Of a stretch of 64,000 bases of DNA, positions 17,834 through 27,365 are shown piece after piece. Position 1 is the stretch's first letter. Each line of letters begins with the position of its first letter. The translations under genes and the position numbers were made by a program. Origin of the DNA: an uncultured Nitrospiraceae bacterium (GTDB lineage Bacteria; Nitrospirota; Nitrospiria; Nitrospirales; Nitrospiraceae); assembly GCA_963706325.1 (NCBI GenBank), contig CAVPLT010000001.1, forward strand, positions 672,001 through 736,000, given 5' to 3'. The notes below the pieces were generated by a model that did not search any database, was not told the DNA's origin, and saw only the letters and a program-made list of their open reading frames with translations.

Positions 17834-19312
17834 TTACACCTTGGCGCTGAGATAAAGTGATGCGCCACGGCGATTGATCAGAACCAGCATATTCTCACCT
17901 TTCTTCAGATCTGACGCCACTCGATCGTAGTCCTTCATTGATGTGACGGGCTTACGATTGATCTCTCGTATGACGTCACCCGGCATGAGCCCGGCCCGCT
18001 CCGCCTCGCTCTCAGGATCAACAGAAGCCACCACGACTCCCTGAAGTTTCCCCTTGAGTCCAAGTTCTTGAGCCGTTTCTCCGTCAAGCTCCTGCACCGC
18101 GAGTCCAGCCAGAGGCTGGTCGGACGGCCCGCTCTCGACTTTGGCGACCTGTTGGTTGTCGGGCAACTCGCCGATCGTGACTGACACCTCTTTTTCATGG
18201 CCATCTCGCATGACCTTCACCGTGGCTTTGCTCCCGACTGCACTGCGAGTCACCGCGCGTTGAAGAGTCATGGCATCTTCAATCGAAGTTCCTTTAAATC
18301 CGGTGATGACATCTCCTTGTTTGAGTCCGGCTTTCTCGGCCGGTCCATCTTCCTTCAGATCGGTGACGAGAGCCCCATTGCTGTCTTTCAGGTCGAAGGA
18401 CTTGGCCAAGTCTTGATTCAGATCCTGGATTCCGATCCCCAGATAGCCGCGCACGACTTTGCCGCTCTTGACCAAGCTCTCATAGATGGGTTGGCTCATG
18501 CTGGTCGGGACGGCAAACCCTACTCCCTGGTATCCACCGCTTTGGGAAAAAATCGCGGTGTTGAGACCAACCAGTTCGCCTCTGGTGTTGACCAGCGGCC
18601 CGCCGCTGTTGCCTGGATTGATGGCGGCATCGGTCTGAATAAAGTCTTCATATTGCGTAATGCCCATCCGCCCCCGTCCTAAAGCACTCACAATTCCCAA
18701 GGTCACGGTGGAATTCAATCCAAAAGGATTTCCGACCGCCAGCACATATTCACCGACCTGAAGTCGGCTGGAGTCACCCCAGGGGATGGTGGGAAGGTTG
18801 CTGCCATCGATCTTGATGACCGCAATGTCGGTCTTGGGATCGCTGCCGACAATCCGGCCCTTGAACTCTCGCTTGTCGGGTAACGTGATGGTGACGGTTT
18901 TTGCGCCATCGATCACATGGTTATTGGTCAGGACATAGCCATCAGGAGACACGATCACGCCCGATCCCTGCCCGCCGCCGCGCCGTTCCCGAGGCTCGTT
19001 AGGGGGGCCGAATCGACGAGGCCCAAATGGGGCGCCGAAGAATTCATCCGCCCGCCCACGAGGGTGGGTCGAATCAGACACTTGCTCCGGCGAACTCGTG
19101 GTGATGTTGACGACAGCTGGTGTGACGGCTTTGGCTACATCGGTGAAGCCGGCTGCCGGAAGGGATCCGGAGAGAGGGATCGAACGTTCTTCGACTACCG
19201 GCGATGGATTTGAAGCGTGGGAAGCGGTCAGTGAGCCATAACTCCACACGAGCGTTGCGCCGAGAGCGGCGATGGCGGCAAAGGCGCCAACAGACTGTGT
19301 TGGTCGATTCAT
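17834..19312 (-). CDS. degQ: Do/DegQ family serine endoprotease with two PDZ domains
   Basis: TNNHV, DIAVIKI, INPGNSGG. Confidence 0.93.
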   Translation of the reverse strand: MNRPTQSVGAFAAIAALGATLVWSYGSLTASHASNPSPVVEERSIPLSGSLPAAGFTDVAKAVTPAVVNITTSSPEQVSDSTHPRGRADEFFGAPFGPRRFGPPNEPRERRGGGQGSGVIVSPDGYVLTNNHVIDGAKTVTITLPDKREFKGRIVGSDPKTDIAVIKIDGSNLPTIPWGDSSRLQVGEYVLAVGNPFGLNSTVTLGIVSALGRGRMGITQYEDFIQTDAAINPGNSGGPLVNTRGELVGLNTAIFSQSGGYQGVGFAVPTSMSQPIYESLVKSGKVVRGYLGIGIQDLNQDLAKSFDLKDSNGALVTDLKEDGPAEKAGLKQGDVITGFKGTSIEDAMTLQRAVTRSAVGSKATVKVMRDGHEKEVSVTIGELPDNQQVAKVESGPSDQPLAGLAVQELDGETAQELGLKGKLQGVVVASVDPESEAERAGLMPGDVIREINRKPVTSMKDYDRVASDLKKGENMLVLINRRGASLYLSAKV

Positions 19313-19430
19313 GGATTCCTCCTCCTAAAAAAACATGGGTATGGGTGTGCGGGATGCTATTTGGATATAACCGTCATGTTGAAGGTAGCAGTGCCGGATG
19401 AGAGCCCTATTAGCTGGGGATTAGAAGTCG

Positions 19431-20834
19431 TTAAGACGAGGATGGTGCAAGTGGAAGCACAATAGTGAAGGTCGATCCCTTGCCGACTTCGCTTTGGACT
19501 TCGATATGTCCATGGTGCGACTCGGCAATCCAGGCACAGATCGCTAAGCCGAGGCCGGTGCCTTTCTTGGTATGGGCGCGCGCGTCGTCCGTTCGAAAAA
19601 AACGGTCGAAAATTTGTTTGTGCGTATCCGGGGGAATGCCGATGCCATAATCGCGGACGGAGAGGCGCGCCCGCTGGCCTTCCACGCGGAGATCGATTTC
19701 GACTCTGCCTTGCGCATAGGAATACTTCACGGCGTTGTCGACGATGTTCAAAATCAGTTCTCGAAGGCGGAGCTCATCACCGTGGACCGTCGCCGGCTGA
19801 ATGGTCTCGATCACCACGTCGACCTCTCGCTCCTGGTCGAGGAGACCGGCTTGGCGCTGAATATCTTCCAACAAAAGGTCGAGTCGAACCGGTTCACACT
19901 CTGTTTTGATTTGGCCCAAATCGGCTCGCGACAGAAACAGTAGTTCCTCGACGATGCGTGACATCCGATCGATTTCTTCGAGATTGCTTTCCAAGACGGC
20001 GATGTAGTCTTCCACGGGCCGGGGGCGGCGAAGCACCAGTTCGCTCTCGCCCTTCATCACCGTCAAGGGCGTGCGCAGCTCATGTGAGGCATCGCTGCTG
20101 AATTGCCGAATTTGCGCAAAGGACGTCTCTAGCCGCGCGATCATATCGTTGAAGGTGTCGGTGAGACGACCGATTTCGTCGGAGGAGCGTTCAGACGTCA
20201 GACGTTGTGTGAGGTCTCCTGCGGCGATACGTTGCGCCGCGACCGTGATCGAATCGACGGGTCGCAGGGCACGGCCGGCTAGGAACCACCCGCCCGCCAA
20301 CGAGACGACCAGCGCGATTGGGGCCATCACCACCAAGACCAACAGAAAACGGCGCAGGGTTTCCTCGACGCCTTCCAGGGCGGTGCCGACCTGGACAATA
20401 TAGAGCAATGAGCCGCGATAGATGATGGGGACGGAAACCAATCGCAATGGAGGCTCGTTGGGATACCGGGCGGATTCGAAGACGGTACTGCCGGTAAAGG
20501 CGGCTTCCAGCGCGTGGCGGCTCAATGGGACGTCATGTTGCCGAATATTCGGAGAGCGGATTGTGATCGTTCCGGAAGGACTGAAGATCTGAAAGAACTT
20601 GTCGATCCGGGTTAGTTCGGGAAACTGGCTGAGCAGCGCCTCTTCATCGATTAAAGGGAGAAATCCGCGTGTCTCCAAGGAGCGCACCGCAGCCGACGCC
20701 GTTTCTTCCAATGAATCGTCGACTTGGTCACGTAAGCCTCGGGCGGTGATAGTGTAGAGCACGACGGAAAACGTTAAAAGGATGAGCGCGAGTGCCGTTC
20801 CGTACCAGAGGGTGAGTCGGACGCGAAGGGGCAT
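19431..20834 (-). CDS. HAMP sensor histidine kinase (heavy-metal-sensor-like)
   Basis: Two TM segments, HAMP, ASHELRTPL, GTGLGL. Confidence 0.95.
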   Translation of the reverse strand: MPLRVRLTLWYGTALALILLTFSVVLYTITARGLRDQVDDSLEETASAAVRSLETRGFLPLIDEEALLSQFPELTRIDKFFQIFSPSGTITIRSPNIRQHDVPLSRHALEAAFTGSTVFESARYPNEPPLRLVSVPIIYRGSLLYIVQVGTALEGVEETLRRFLLVLVVMAPIALVVSLAGGWFLAGRALRPVDSITVAAQRIAAGDLTQRLTSERSSDEIGRLTDTFNDMIARLETSFAQIRQFSSDASHELRTPLTVMKGESELVLRRPRPVEDYIAVLESNLEEIDRMSRIVEELLFLSRADLGQIKTECEPVRLDLLLEDIQRQAGLLDQEREVDVVIETIQPATVHGDELRLRELILNIVDNAVKYSYAQGRVEIDLRVEGQRARLSVRDYGIGIPPDTHKQIFDRFFRTDDARAHTKKGTGLGLAICAWIAESHHGHIEVQSEVGKGSTFTIVLPLAPSSS

Positions 20835-21505
20835 CAGTCGACCTTGAGCGTATACCCACTCCCTCGAATGGTATGGATTAACTTTCGGGCGCGTCCGCGA
20901 TCAATTTTATTTCGGAGATAATTGACGTAGACGTCGATGACATTGGTGAAGGTATCGAAATCCTGATTCCAGACATGGTCGGAAATCATCGGGCGGGTGA
21001 GGACTCGCCCTGCATGACGCATGAAGTATTCCAGTAGCGCATATTCCTTCACCGTGAGGTCGATGCGCTGTCCTCCGCGAGTAACTTCTCGGGTGGCTGG
21101 ATTGAGCATAAGATCGTCGATCTGGAGAATTCCGGGAGCTTCGACCGGGCCGCGACGCAAAAGAGCCCGGACACGGGCGAGCAATTCGTCGATGGCGAAG
21201 GGTTTGGTGAGATAGTCGTCCGCGCCGGCATCAAGCCCCTTCACGCGCTGGTCCACTTTTGATTGCGCCGTGAGAATCATCACGGGGGTTTGAATTTTTT
21301 CTTTGCGAAGCCGGGCGAGCACGTCCAGTCCCGGCAGACTGGGCAACATCAGATCGATCATGATGAGGTCGTAACTGCCGCTCAGGGCCATGTCGAGGCC
21401 CTGCGCGCCGTCTTCACAAAGATCGACGGCGTAGCTTTCCTCTTCCAGCGCTCGCTTGATGAACGAGCCTACCTTGGTTTCATCTTCAATGACGAGTACA
21501 CGCAT
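20834..21505 (-). CDS. OmpR-family response regulator
   Basis: REC domain (IEDE, DLMLP, KPF) and winged helix (IHTIRGSGY). Confidence 0.96.
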   Translation of the reverse strand: MRVLVIEDETKVGSFIKRALEEESYAVDLCEDGAQGLDMALSGSYDLIMIDLMLPSLPGLDVLARLRKEKIQTPVMILTAQSKVDQRVKGLDAGADDYLTKPFAIDELLARVRALLRRGPVEAPGILQIDDLMLNPATREVTRGGQRIDLTVKEYALLEYFMRHAGRVLTRPMISDHVWNQDFDTFTNVIDVYVNYLRNKIDRGRARKLIHTIRGSGYTLKVD

Positions 21506-21581
21506 AGAGAAAACTCGTAGGTCGGTGGATTATACCAGAGGTTAGGGTGCTGTGAGCAGCAGGATCCTGCTGCGTTATGCG

Positions 21582-22724
21582 TTATGGGAGGTCGAGGGAG
21601 ACGGGCTCAAGGCGCGAGGCAGGTTGGAGACGGCAGAGAGTGCGAATGTCTTTCCAGTTCTCCCCGGGGAGGAGCCTATGCACCTCAGCCGGTGGGGGCC
21701 CGGCCAGGGTGACGAGCATGGCAAGCCGCTCGCCGATGTCCGGGTGGGTGGAAAGAAAATCAGGCGGTCCGGCATGGCCTTCCGCCCCGTTCTGCATGAC
21801 CCCGTAGAAGGCTATCATGGCCGCAGGGTCAAGGCGGGCGGCTTGCATCATGCGAAGCCCTTCGATATCGGCTTCCCTCTCATGGGTGCGGTTATAGTGC
21901 AATGAACCCAACGTTCGTGCGCCTTCCAGGCCCCAGGCCAGGCCACCGGACAGATCGCCGGAGATGGCGCTCAGCAGAAACGTTGTGGCTGTCTGTTCAA
22001 GAATCGCTCGAGTCGTATGGCGTTGATAAACATGTTGCAGCTCGTGCGCGAGGGCTCCGGCGAGTTGTTCGGGGCTGGCAGTTTTTTCCAGCAGACCACG
22101 AAGAATTACCACCTGCCCCCCCGGTGCGGCGAAGGCATTGATCGCGGGATCATCCATGACGGAGAGCCTAATATGATAAGGCGAAGTAGGATGAATTGCG
22201 GTCAGGACCTGTACCACCTGATCGAGTTTGCGCAGCCGTTCCGGGTCGTGGCATTGTTGTGCTTCCGGGGCTAGATGCTCAACGACTTGCCGACCAAGGC
22301 TTTCTTCCCAGGCTAGAGGTACATAGTGGGTGGCCACGGCGGCCATACCCTGGATACCCCAACGATACAGTCCGACGACCGCCAGGAGGACCACCAGCCC
22401 CGCACAGACGGTCCAGCGCAGGCGAGTCTTCCGGCATGACGGGTTATGGAAGTGCTGAACCATGGCAGGCGCCGCGGCATGCATGGCAGTCAACAGTGTG
22501 GGCGTGGAAATGACAAGTGCCTCGGCCGGCTCGGGACCACATTCCAAACGAACCGGTTCACCGTTATAAGCGCCTTGGGTTTGACGAACGTGGTCATATG
22601 GCCACTGTTTAGTCGTTCCGTCAGAAAAAAGCAGTTGCAAGGCATTCGGAGTGATAGTAAGCGTGACGTGATGGCGAGTGGCCGTTCGGCCGTCCAGATA
22701 GTGCGCGATCCAGCTGCTGGTCAT
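21582..22724 (-). CDS. M48 family metallopeptidase
   Basis: INAFAAPGG, HELQH, EREAD, FLSTHP. Confidence 0.92.
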   Translation of the reverse strand: MTSSWIAHYLDGRTATRHHVTLTITPNALQLLFSDGTTKQWPYDHVRQTQGAYNGEPVRLECGPEPAEALVISTPTLLTAMHAAAPAMVQHFHNPSCRKTRLRWTVCAGLVVLLAVVGLYRWGIQGMAAVATHYVPLAWEESLGRQVVEHLAPEAQQCHDPERLRKLDQVVQVLTAIHPTSPYHIRLSVMDDPAINAFAAPGGQVVILRGLLEKTASPEQLAGALAHELQHVYQRHTTRAILEQTATTFLLSAISGDLSGGLAWGLEGARTLGSLHYNRTHEREADIEGLRMMQAARLDPAAMIAFYGVMQNGAEGHAGPPDFLSTHPDIGERLAMLVTLAGPPPAEVHRLLPGENWKDIRTLCRLQPASRLEPVSLDLP

Positions 22725-22729
22725 AAGCG

Positions 22730-24004
22730 CTAGTTCATATCGAAGCCGGTGTCGAGCAGGTTCGACAGGCCTTCCCCGGTGACGGATGATGTGGTGGTCT
22801 CTTGCAGGATTCGATCGAGATTTACACTGCCCTCCAGTGACAAGGTGCTCGTGAAAAACCGGGCACTCCGAACAGTCACCCAGGGCCAGGCGAATCCCAG
22901 GGTGACGAACAACAGGGCGAGGTTGCCGAGGTAGAGTGTCAACAGCCTCTGCCAGGTGATGCTGGATGCAAAGCGCGCCGGCCCGAACGTGGTGTGATCC
23001 CAAAAGTACTTCTGTTTCTGTCCAAGCAACCACATCCACATGGGTCCGAGGACGAAAGGAATGAAGAGTAGGGATAGCCCGGCATTGGTTAATTGAAATA
23101 CCATGGTGACGCCACACAGGATGAGTACCCCGTAGGTCATGAAGAGGGTGATGGCGAACGGAACCATCAGGCCAGAACCATGGCCCGTGAAATGGAAGCG
23201 TTGGTTCCCATAATAAGTGTGCGAGTTGAGAAACGCCTGCCGTTGAGCCTGGAAGTAGGGGTAGTAAATGCCGAGGGTAAGTAGCGTGAAGAACCATCCC
23301 TGGAAGTAGAGCTTCAGGAAATCCCACGTACGCCCTCGAAACGAGAAACGGATTCCTCGCCAGGAGGCACGCATACAGCGATAACGTCGCGCGTTTACGA
23401 TGGCGATTGGGACATAGAAGACCAGCACCAAGCCGGCCAAGGATTTCGCAAGAAAGTCCAGCCATGGGGGGAGAGACAGGAATGTATGGGCGGCGCTCAA
23501 TGAAAAATATGGGATGCCGAACACCAGCATCGCTTTGAGAAATCCTTGATAGAGCTCCTTTCCGGTACCGTGGTAGGCAAACCGATCAGCAGCGAATGAA
23601 GTTTGGCTGAATAGATAACGGCGGATTTTCGCCTTGCCCCAAAAATGGTAGGCGCCGAGTGTCGCGATGCTGAGGCAGATGTTTATGATGTGCATGCCGA
23701 AGAGCGTGCCGCCGGTACCATGAAACGAGCAGGGTCTTGATGAGTGAACGGCATCCGTGGCACCGAGGGACATCAATCGGGGATAATCCGAAGTAGCAGG
23801 CATCATATCCGCGAAGGGCTCAGGTCTTGAGAGTGTGGGCCTGACGCTCACCACCGCGAATCGAGCCCCGCATGTCGGACAGGTGCTGCGAGCTGAGGAC
23901 GTGAGCCGGTTGGAGTGACGAACACGATAGCGGGTGTGGCACTGATGGCAATCGACCTTCAGGGCATGGTCTGTCGTATCGGCGGAAGTTCCGCTGGTGG
24001 TCAT
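22730..24004 (-). CDS. YjgN/DUF898 membrane protein with N-terminal zinc ribbon
   Basis: CHQC..CPTC; FHGTGG, TLGAYHFW, FAYHGTGKEL. Confidence 0.88.
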   Translation of the reverse strand: MTTSGTSADTTDHALKVDCHQCHTRYRVRHSNRLTSSARSTCPTCGARFAVVSVRPTLSRPEPFADMMPATSDYPRLMSLGATDAVHSSRPCSFHGTGGTLFGMHIINICLSIATLGAYHFWGKAKIRRYLFSQTSFAADRFAYHGTGKELYQGFLKAMLVFGIPYFSLSAAHTFLSLPPWLDFLAKSLAGLVLVFYVPIAIVNARRYRCMRASWRGIRFSFRGRTWDFLKLYFQGWFFTLLTLGIYYPYFQAQRQAFLNSHTYYGNQRFHFTGHGSGLMVPFAITLFMTYGVLILCGVTMVFQLTNAGLSLLFIPFVLGPMWMWLLGQKQKYFWDHTTFGPARFASSITWQRLLTLYLGNLALLFVTLGFAWPWVTVRSARFFTSTLSLEGSVNLDRILQETTTSSVTGEGLSNLLDTGFDMN

Positions 24005-24006
24005 GT

Positions 24007-25332
24007 TCAGCAGGCCGCTCGATGTCCCAAGGCGCACGCTTGTTGAAGGTCCCGCATGAAGCCCTGCGTGTCTCCCTTGGAACGTCTGATAATGGATCGT
24101 TCAAAATAGGCCCGCCCGTTTTTGGCCTGATGGGCTACGTATCCATCCCACACAGCCAAGGCACGATCCCACTGTTGACGCTGCGCCTGGACATGGCTTG
24201 ACGCGCGGTAGGCATCGAGAAAGGTGGGATCAAGCTTGATCGCGGCATCGAAAGCAATGAGGGCCTCGTCGAGAGAGCCTTTTTGGATCAGGGCGGTGCC
24301 GCGGTTGTAATAAGCCTTGGAATCATCAGGATCCACATTCAGCGCTTCCGCATAGGCGAAGAGTGCTTTGTCGATCTGGCCCAATCTTTGGAATGCCATC
24401 CCTTCGTCACGATGCCTCCGGGCCTGGGAAAACTCTTTTCCTCCGTACGTACGAAGCAACTGGACGAGGTCGTCGTGTTCGTCGAGCTGCGCAATCTCCA
24501 GCGCGGTCTGCCCACGGGTTTTCTGGTTCACCGGGATGCCTCGCTCAAGCAAGATCTGAGCGGCGTCCAGATGGCCTTGTCGTACGGCTCCATGCAGGGC
24601 TGAATCTCCGCTATCGCAGGTCGCTCTGAGATTCGCTCTATGGGAAAGTAGTAGGGCTATCGTGTCAGCATGACCCCGCTCCGCGGCTGACAAGAGTGGC
24701 GTGGACCCATGGTTTGCCTTCGTGTTCGGATCGGCCCCATGTTGCAGTAGCAAGGCCACCACCGGCGAATGACCGCGCTTCGACGCTTCGTGCAAGGCTG
24801 TTCGTCCGCTGCCATTGCCTCGGTCGATACCGTTGGCTTCCGTAAGCAGCCACGTGGTCGTCGCGACATCGCCTCGCGCCGCCGAGAGGTGAAGCGGAGT
24901 CCAGCCATTCGATCTGAGGATGAGAGGCGACAGCATCAGCTCATCGATATCGTAAGGATCGTGGGTCGCTTTGATTTGGGTGAACATCCAGTACGCCACT
25001 CCTGACAGTAGCGCATAGTTCAGTAGGCAGGCGAGGGTTGCCACTGCGATGCCTGCCGCGCGGCGCGACAGATCGGTGGCGCCCGTGGTGCTGTTTACGT
25101 GCGGCGCTACCACTACAGGAACTTCATCGGTTGGTCGGACCTCAGGGTTGAGAACGATCAGGTTTTCGGCACAGTTAGGACAAGGAAATTGCTGCAAGGC
25201 GTCACCTGAGACAAGGGGGCAGGAAACGGCTGACTTGCAGAAGGGACAGGTGACGCCCTGTGCATGATACGGCCGCGAGCCGGTCGAGGACGCAGGTGCA
25301 GGAGCTGCCGTGCCTGGGTGAACGGTTGCCAT
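24007..25332 (-). CDS. Zn-ribbon/TM/ankyrin/TPR protein
   Basis: CPFC..CPNC, a TM segment, ankyrin repeats (GWTPLH, GRTALH), TPRs (AYYNRG). Confidence 0.88.
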   Translation of the reverse strand: MATVHPGTAAPAPASSTGSRPYHAQGVTCPFCKSAVSCPLVSGDALQQFPCPNCAENLIVLNPEVRPTDEVPVVVAPHVNSTTGATDLSRRAAGIAVATLACLLNYALLSGVAYWMFTQIKATHDPYDIDELMLSPLILRSNGWTPLHLSAARGDVATTTWLLTEANGIDRGNGSGRTALHEASKRGHSPVVALLLQHGADPNTKANHGSTPLLSAAERGHADTIALLLSHRANLRATCDSGDSALHGAVRQGHLDAAQILLERGIPVNQKTRGQTALEIAQLDEHDDLVQLLRTYGGKEFSQARRHRDEGMAFQRLGQIDKALFAYAEALNVDPDDSKAYYNRGTALIQKGSLDEALIAFDAAIKLDPTFLDAYRASSHVQAQRQQWDRALAVWDGYVAHQAKNGRAYFERSIIRRSKGDTQGFMRDLQQACALGHRAAC

Positions 25333-25506
25333 GGTGCCTGAAGACCCTTCGCCCGGGTGCTTGCTGAACAGTCGTGGGAGTGGCGTCTACCGCTGATCAT
25401 TAAAAAGGATAGCGCAAAACGGTAGGAGCGCAACCGCAGCATGTGGCTGAGATCGCCTCGCGAGGCATGCGGTCAACAGCGTTTCTTGCGGCGAGGGGGT
25501 GGGAAG

Positions 25507-27162
25507 TTATGCGGGGTGAAAGCGGGTGATCGTGACGGGGCTATAGGTAAGCAATGGGCCATCCGGACCCCGGCGGCTGAGAGTGTGACGAAGCCACGCG
25601 GCATCGTTGCGGATCGGGAAATCCGCTCGATAATGGGCGCCGCGACTTTCCTCCCGGCCGAGTGCGCTCACGGCGATGGTCAGCGCGATCTCCAGCAAGA
25701 ATTGTACTTCCAGCGCCTGAATGAGGTCGGTGTTGAAGACCTGTCCCTTGTCCTGGACGCACATCTGGTCTGCTCGGATCTTCAAGGATTGGAGCGCGGT
25801 TACAGTTTCGCGCATGGACTGCTGCGTGCGGAAGATGCCGAGGTTGAGGCTCATGGTCTTGCCGAGATCGTCGCGTATCTGCCAGGCTCGCTCGGGACCT
25901 GGGTTGGTCAGCAGGGTTTTCAGCCGCTGTTCCTGGTTGCGCAGGATCCCCTCGGGAATGGGCTGGTGGTCACAATGCCGGATCGATTCCGCGGCTCTCG
26001 TGCCGGTCCGACGTCCGAAGACGATGGTTTCGAGCAGAGAGTTGCCTCCCAAACGGTTGGCTCCATGCACGCTCAGGCAGGCGCATTCGCCGGCAGCAAA
26101 CAGCCCCGGACAGTCGGTTTCCCCCCAGGCATTGGCTTTCACGCCGCCCATTTGGTAGTGGGCGCCGGGTCGTATGGGAACGGGGGTTTCGATCGGATCG
26201 AGTCCAGCAAACTCCACCGACAATTCTCGGATCTGTGGGAGTCGTTCGAGGATGCGGCTGCGGCCGAGATGCCGAAGATCCAGCAAGACACAGCCATCGA
26301 CCCCTCGTCCTTCTTGAATTTCTTGACCGATGGCCAAGGAGACAGTGGAGCGGGTCGCCAGCTCCATTTGCTCCGGCGCGTACCGTTTCATGAAGCGCTC
26401 TCCAAGCGTGTTCAGGAGATAGGCGCCTTCGCCTCTGGCGCCTTCCGTAATCAAGATCCCGGTATCCTTCAATGTGGTTGGGTGAAACTGCACGAACTCC
26501 ATGTCTTCCAGAGGCAGCCCTGCCTGATAGGCCAAGGCCATGCCATCGCCGGTATTGATAACGGCGTTCGTGCTGGTAGAGAAGACTCGGCCGCTGCCGC
26601 CGGTGGCGAGGATCACTGCCTTGGCGCGCATCGCGTGCAATCCTCCGCGGACGAGATCCCAGGCAACCACCCCGCAACATCGTCCCTCTTCCACGAGTAA
26701 TGCCGTGACGTACCATTCTTCATAGACCCGGCACCGGCGCTTCAATAGCTGTTCATACATGGCATGGAGCAGGGCATGGCCGGTCCGGTCTGCGGCATAA
26801 CAGGTTCTTGGAAATCCGGCGCCTCCGAACGGCCGCTGCGCGATTCGTCCCTCGGCGGTACGGCTGAAGATGACGCCCATGCGCTCCAGCTCTAAGATAT
26901 CCTGCGGAGCTTCCCGGCACATGGCTTCGATCGCATCCTGATCGCCGAGGAAAAGACCACCCTTCGTCGTGTCGTAGGCATGGGATTCCCAAGAGTCTTG
27001 TTCCCCGATCGCCGCATTGATGCCACCTTGGGCGGCCACGGAATGACTGCGGACTGGGTGGACTTTTGAGAGAAGGGCGACATCGATATCATGAGGAATG
27101 GCAATGGCCGCCCGCATGCCTGCGAGTCCTGCTCCAACGATTAAGATGTCATGCGTGATCAT
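25507..27162 (-). CDS. sdhA: Succinate dehydrogenase/fumarate reductase flavoprotein subunit
   Basis: RSHSVAAQGG, FVQFHPT, HYQMGG, HGANRLGGNSL, RGAHYR. Confidence 0.92.
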   Translation of the reverse strand: MITHDILIVGAGLAGMRAAIAIPHDIDVALLSKVHPVRSHSVAAQGGINAAIGEQDSWESHAYDTTKGGLFLGDQDAIEAMCREAPQDILELERMGVIFSRTAEGRIAQRPFGGAGFPRTCYAADRTGHALLHAMYEQLLKRRCRVYEEWYVTALLVEEGRCCGVVAWDLVRGGLHAMRAKAVILATGGSGRVFSTSTNAVINTGDGMALAYQAGLPLEDMEFVQFHPTTLKDTGILITEGARGEGAYLLNTLGERFMKRYAPEQMELATRSTVSLAIGQEIQEGRGVDGCVLLDLRHLGRSRILERLPQIRELSVEFAGLDPIETPVPIRPGAHYQMGGVKANAWGETDCPGLFAAGECACLSVHGANRLGGNSLLETIVFGRRTGTRAAESIRHCDHQPIPEGILRNQEQRLKTLLTNPGPERAWQIRDDLGKTMSLNLGIFRTQQSMRETVTALQSLKIRADQMCVQDKGQVFNTDLIQALEVQFLLEIALTIAVSALGREESRGAHYRADFPIRNDAAWLRHTLSRRGPDGPLLTYSPVTITRFHPA

Positions 27163-27365
27163 GTGTGACGGGTATGGTATCAGCGGTAAAGCAGTAGGAT
27201 AGCCGAATTGACAAGCTTGTATGCTCACTATTACCGAATGAAAATCAGGAAAACAAGGGAGAGAGATTCAGATCGGGCGCTTGGAAAACTCCGGCCTGCA
27301 TGATAGGTTACCTGACGCCGCTTCGAATGAACGAGTGCGCCAACTTGTAGTAGGATTTCACCTTC

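Noticed and set aside
22725..23465. Long N-terminal extension of the M48 ORF
   Set aside because: Overlaps the DUF898 gene in another frame; ATG 22724 fits the operon spacing
25441..26700. 419-aa plus-strand ORF and similar antisense ORFs
   Set aside because: Shadows of well-supported genes on the opposite strand
27163..27365. Glycine riboswitch before gcvP
   Set aside because: No recognisable aptamer motifs
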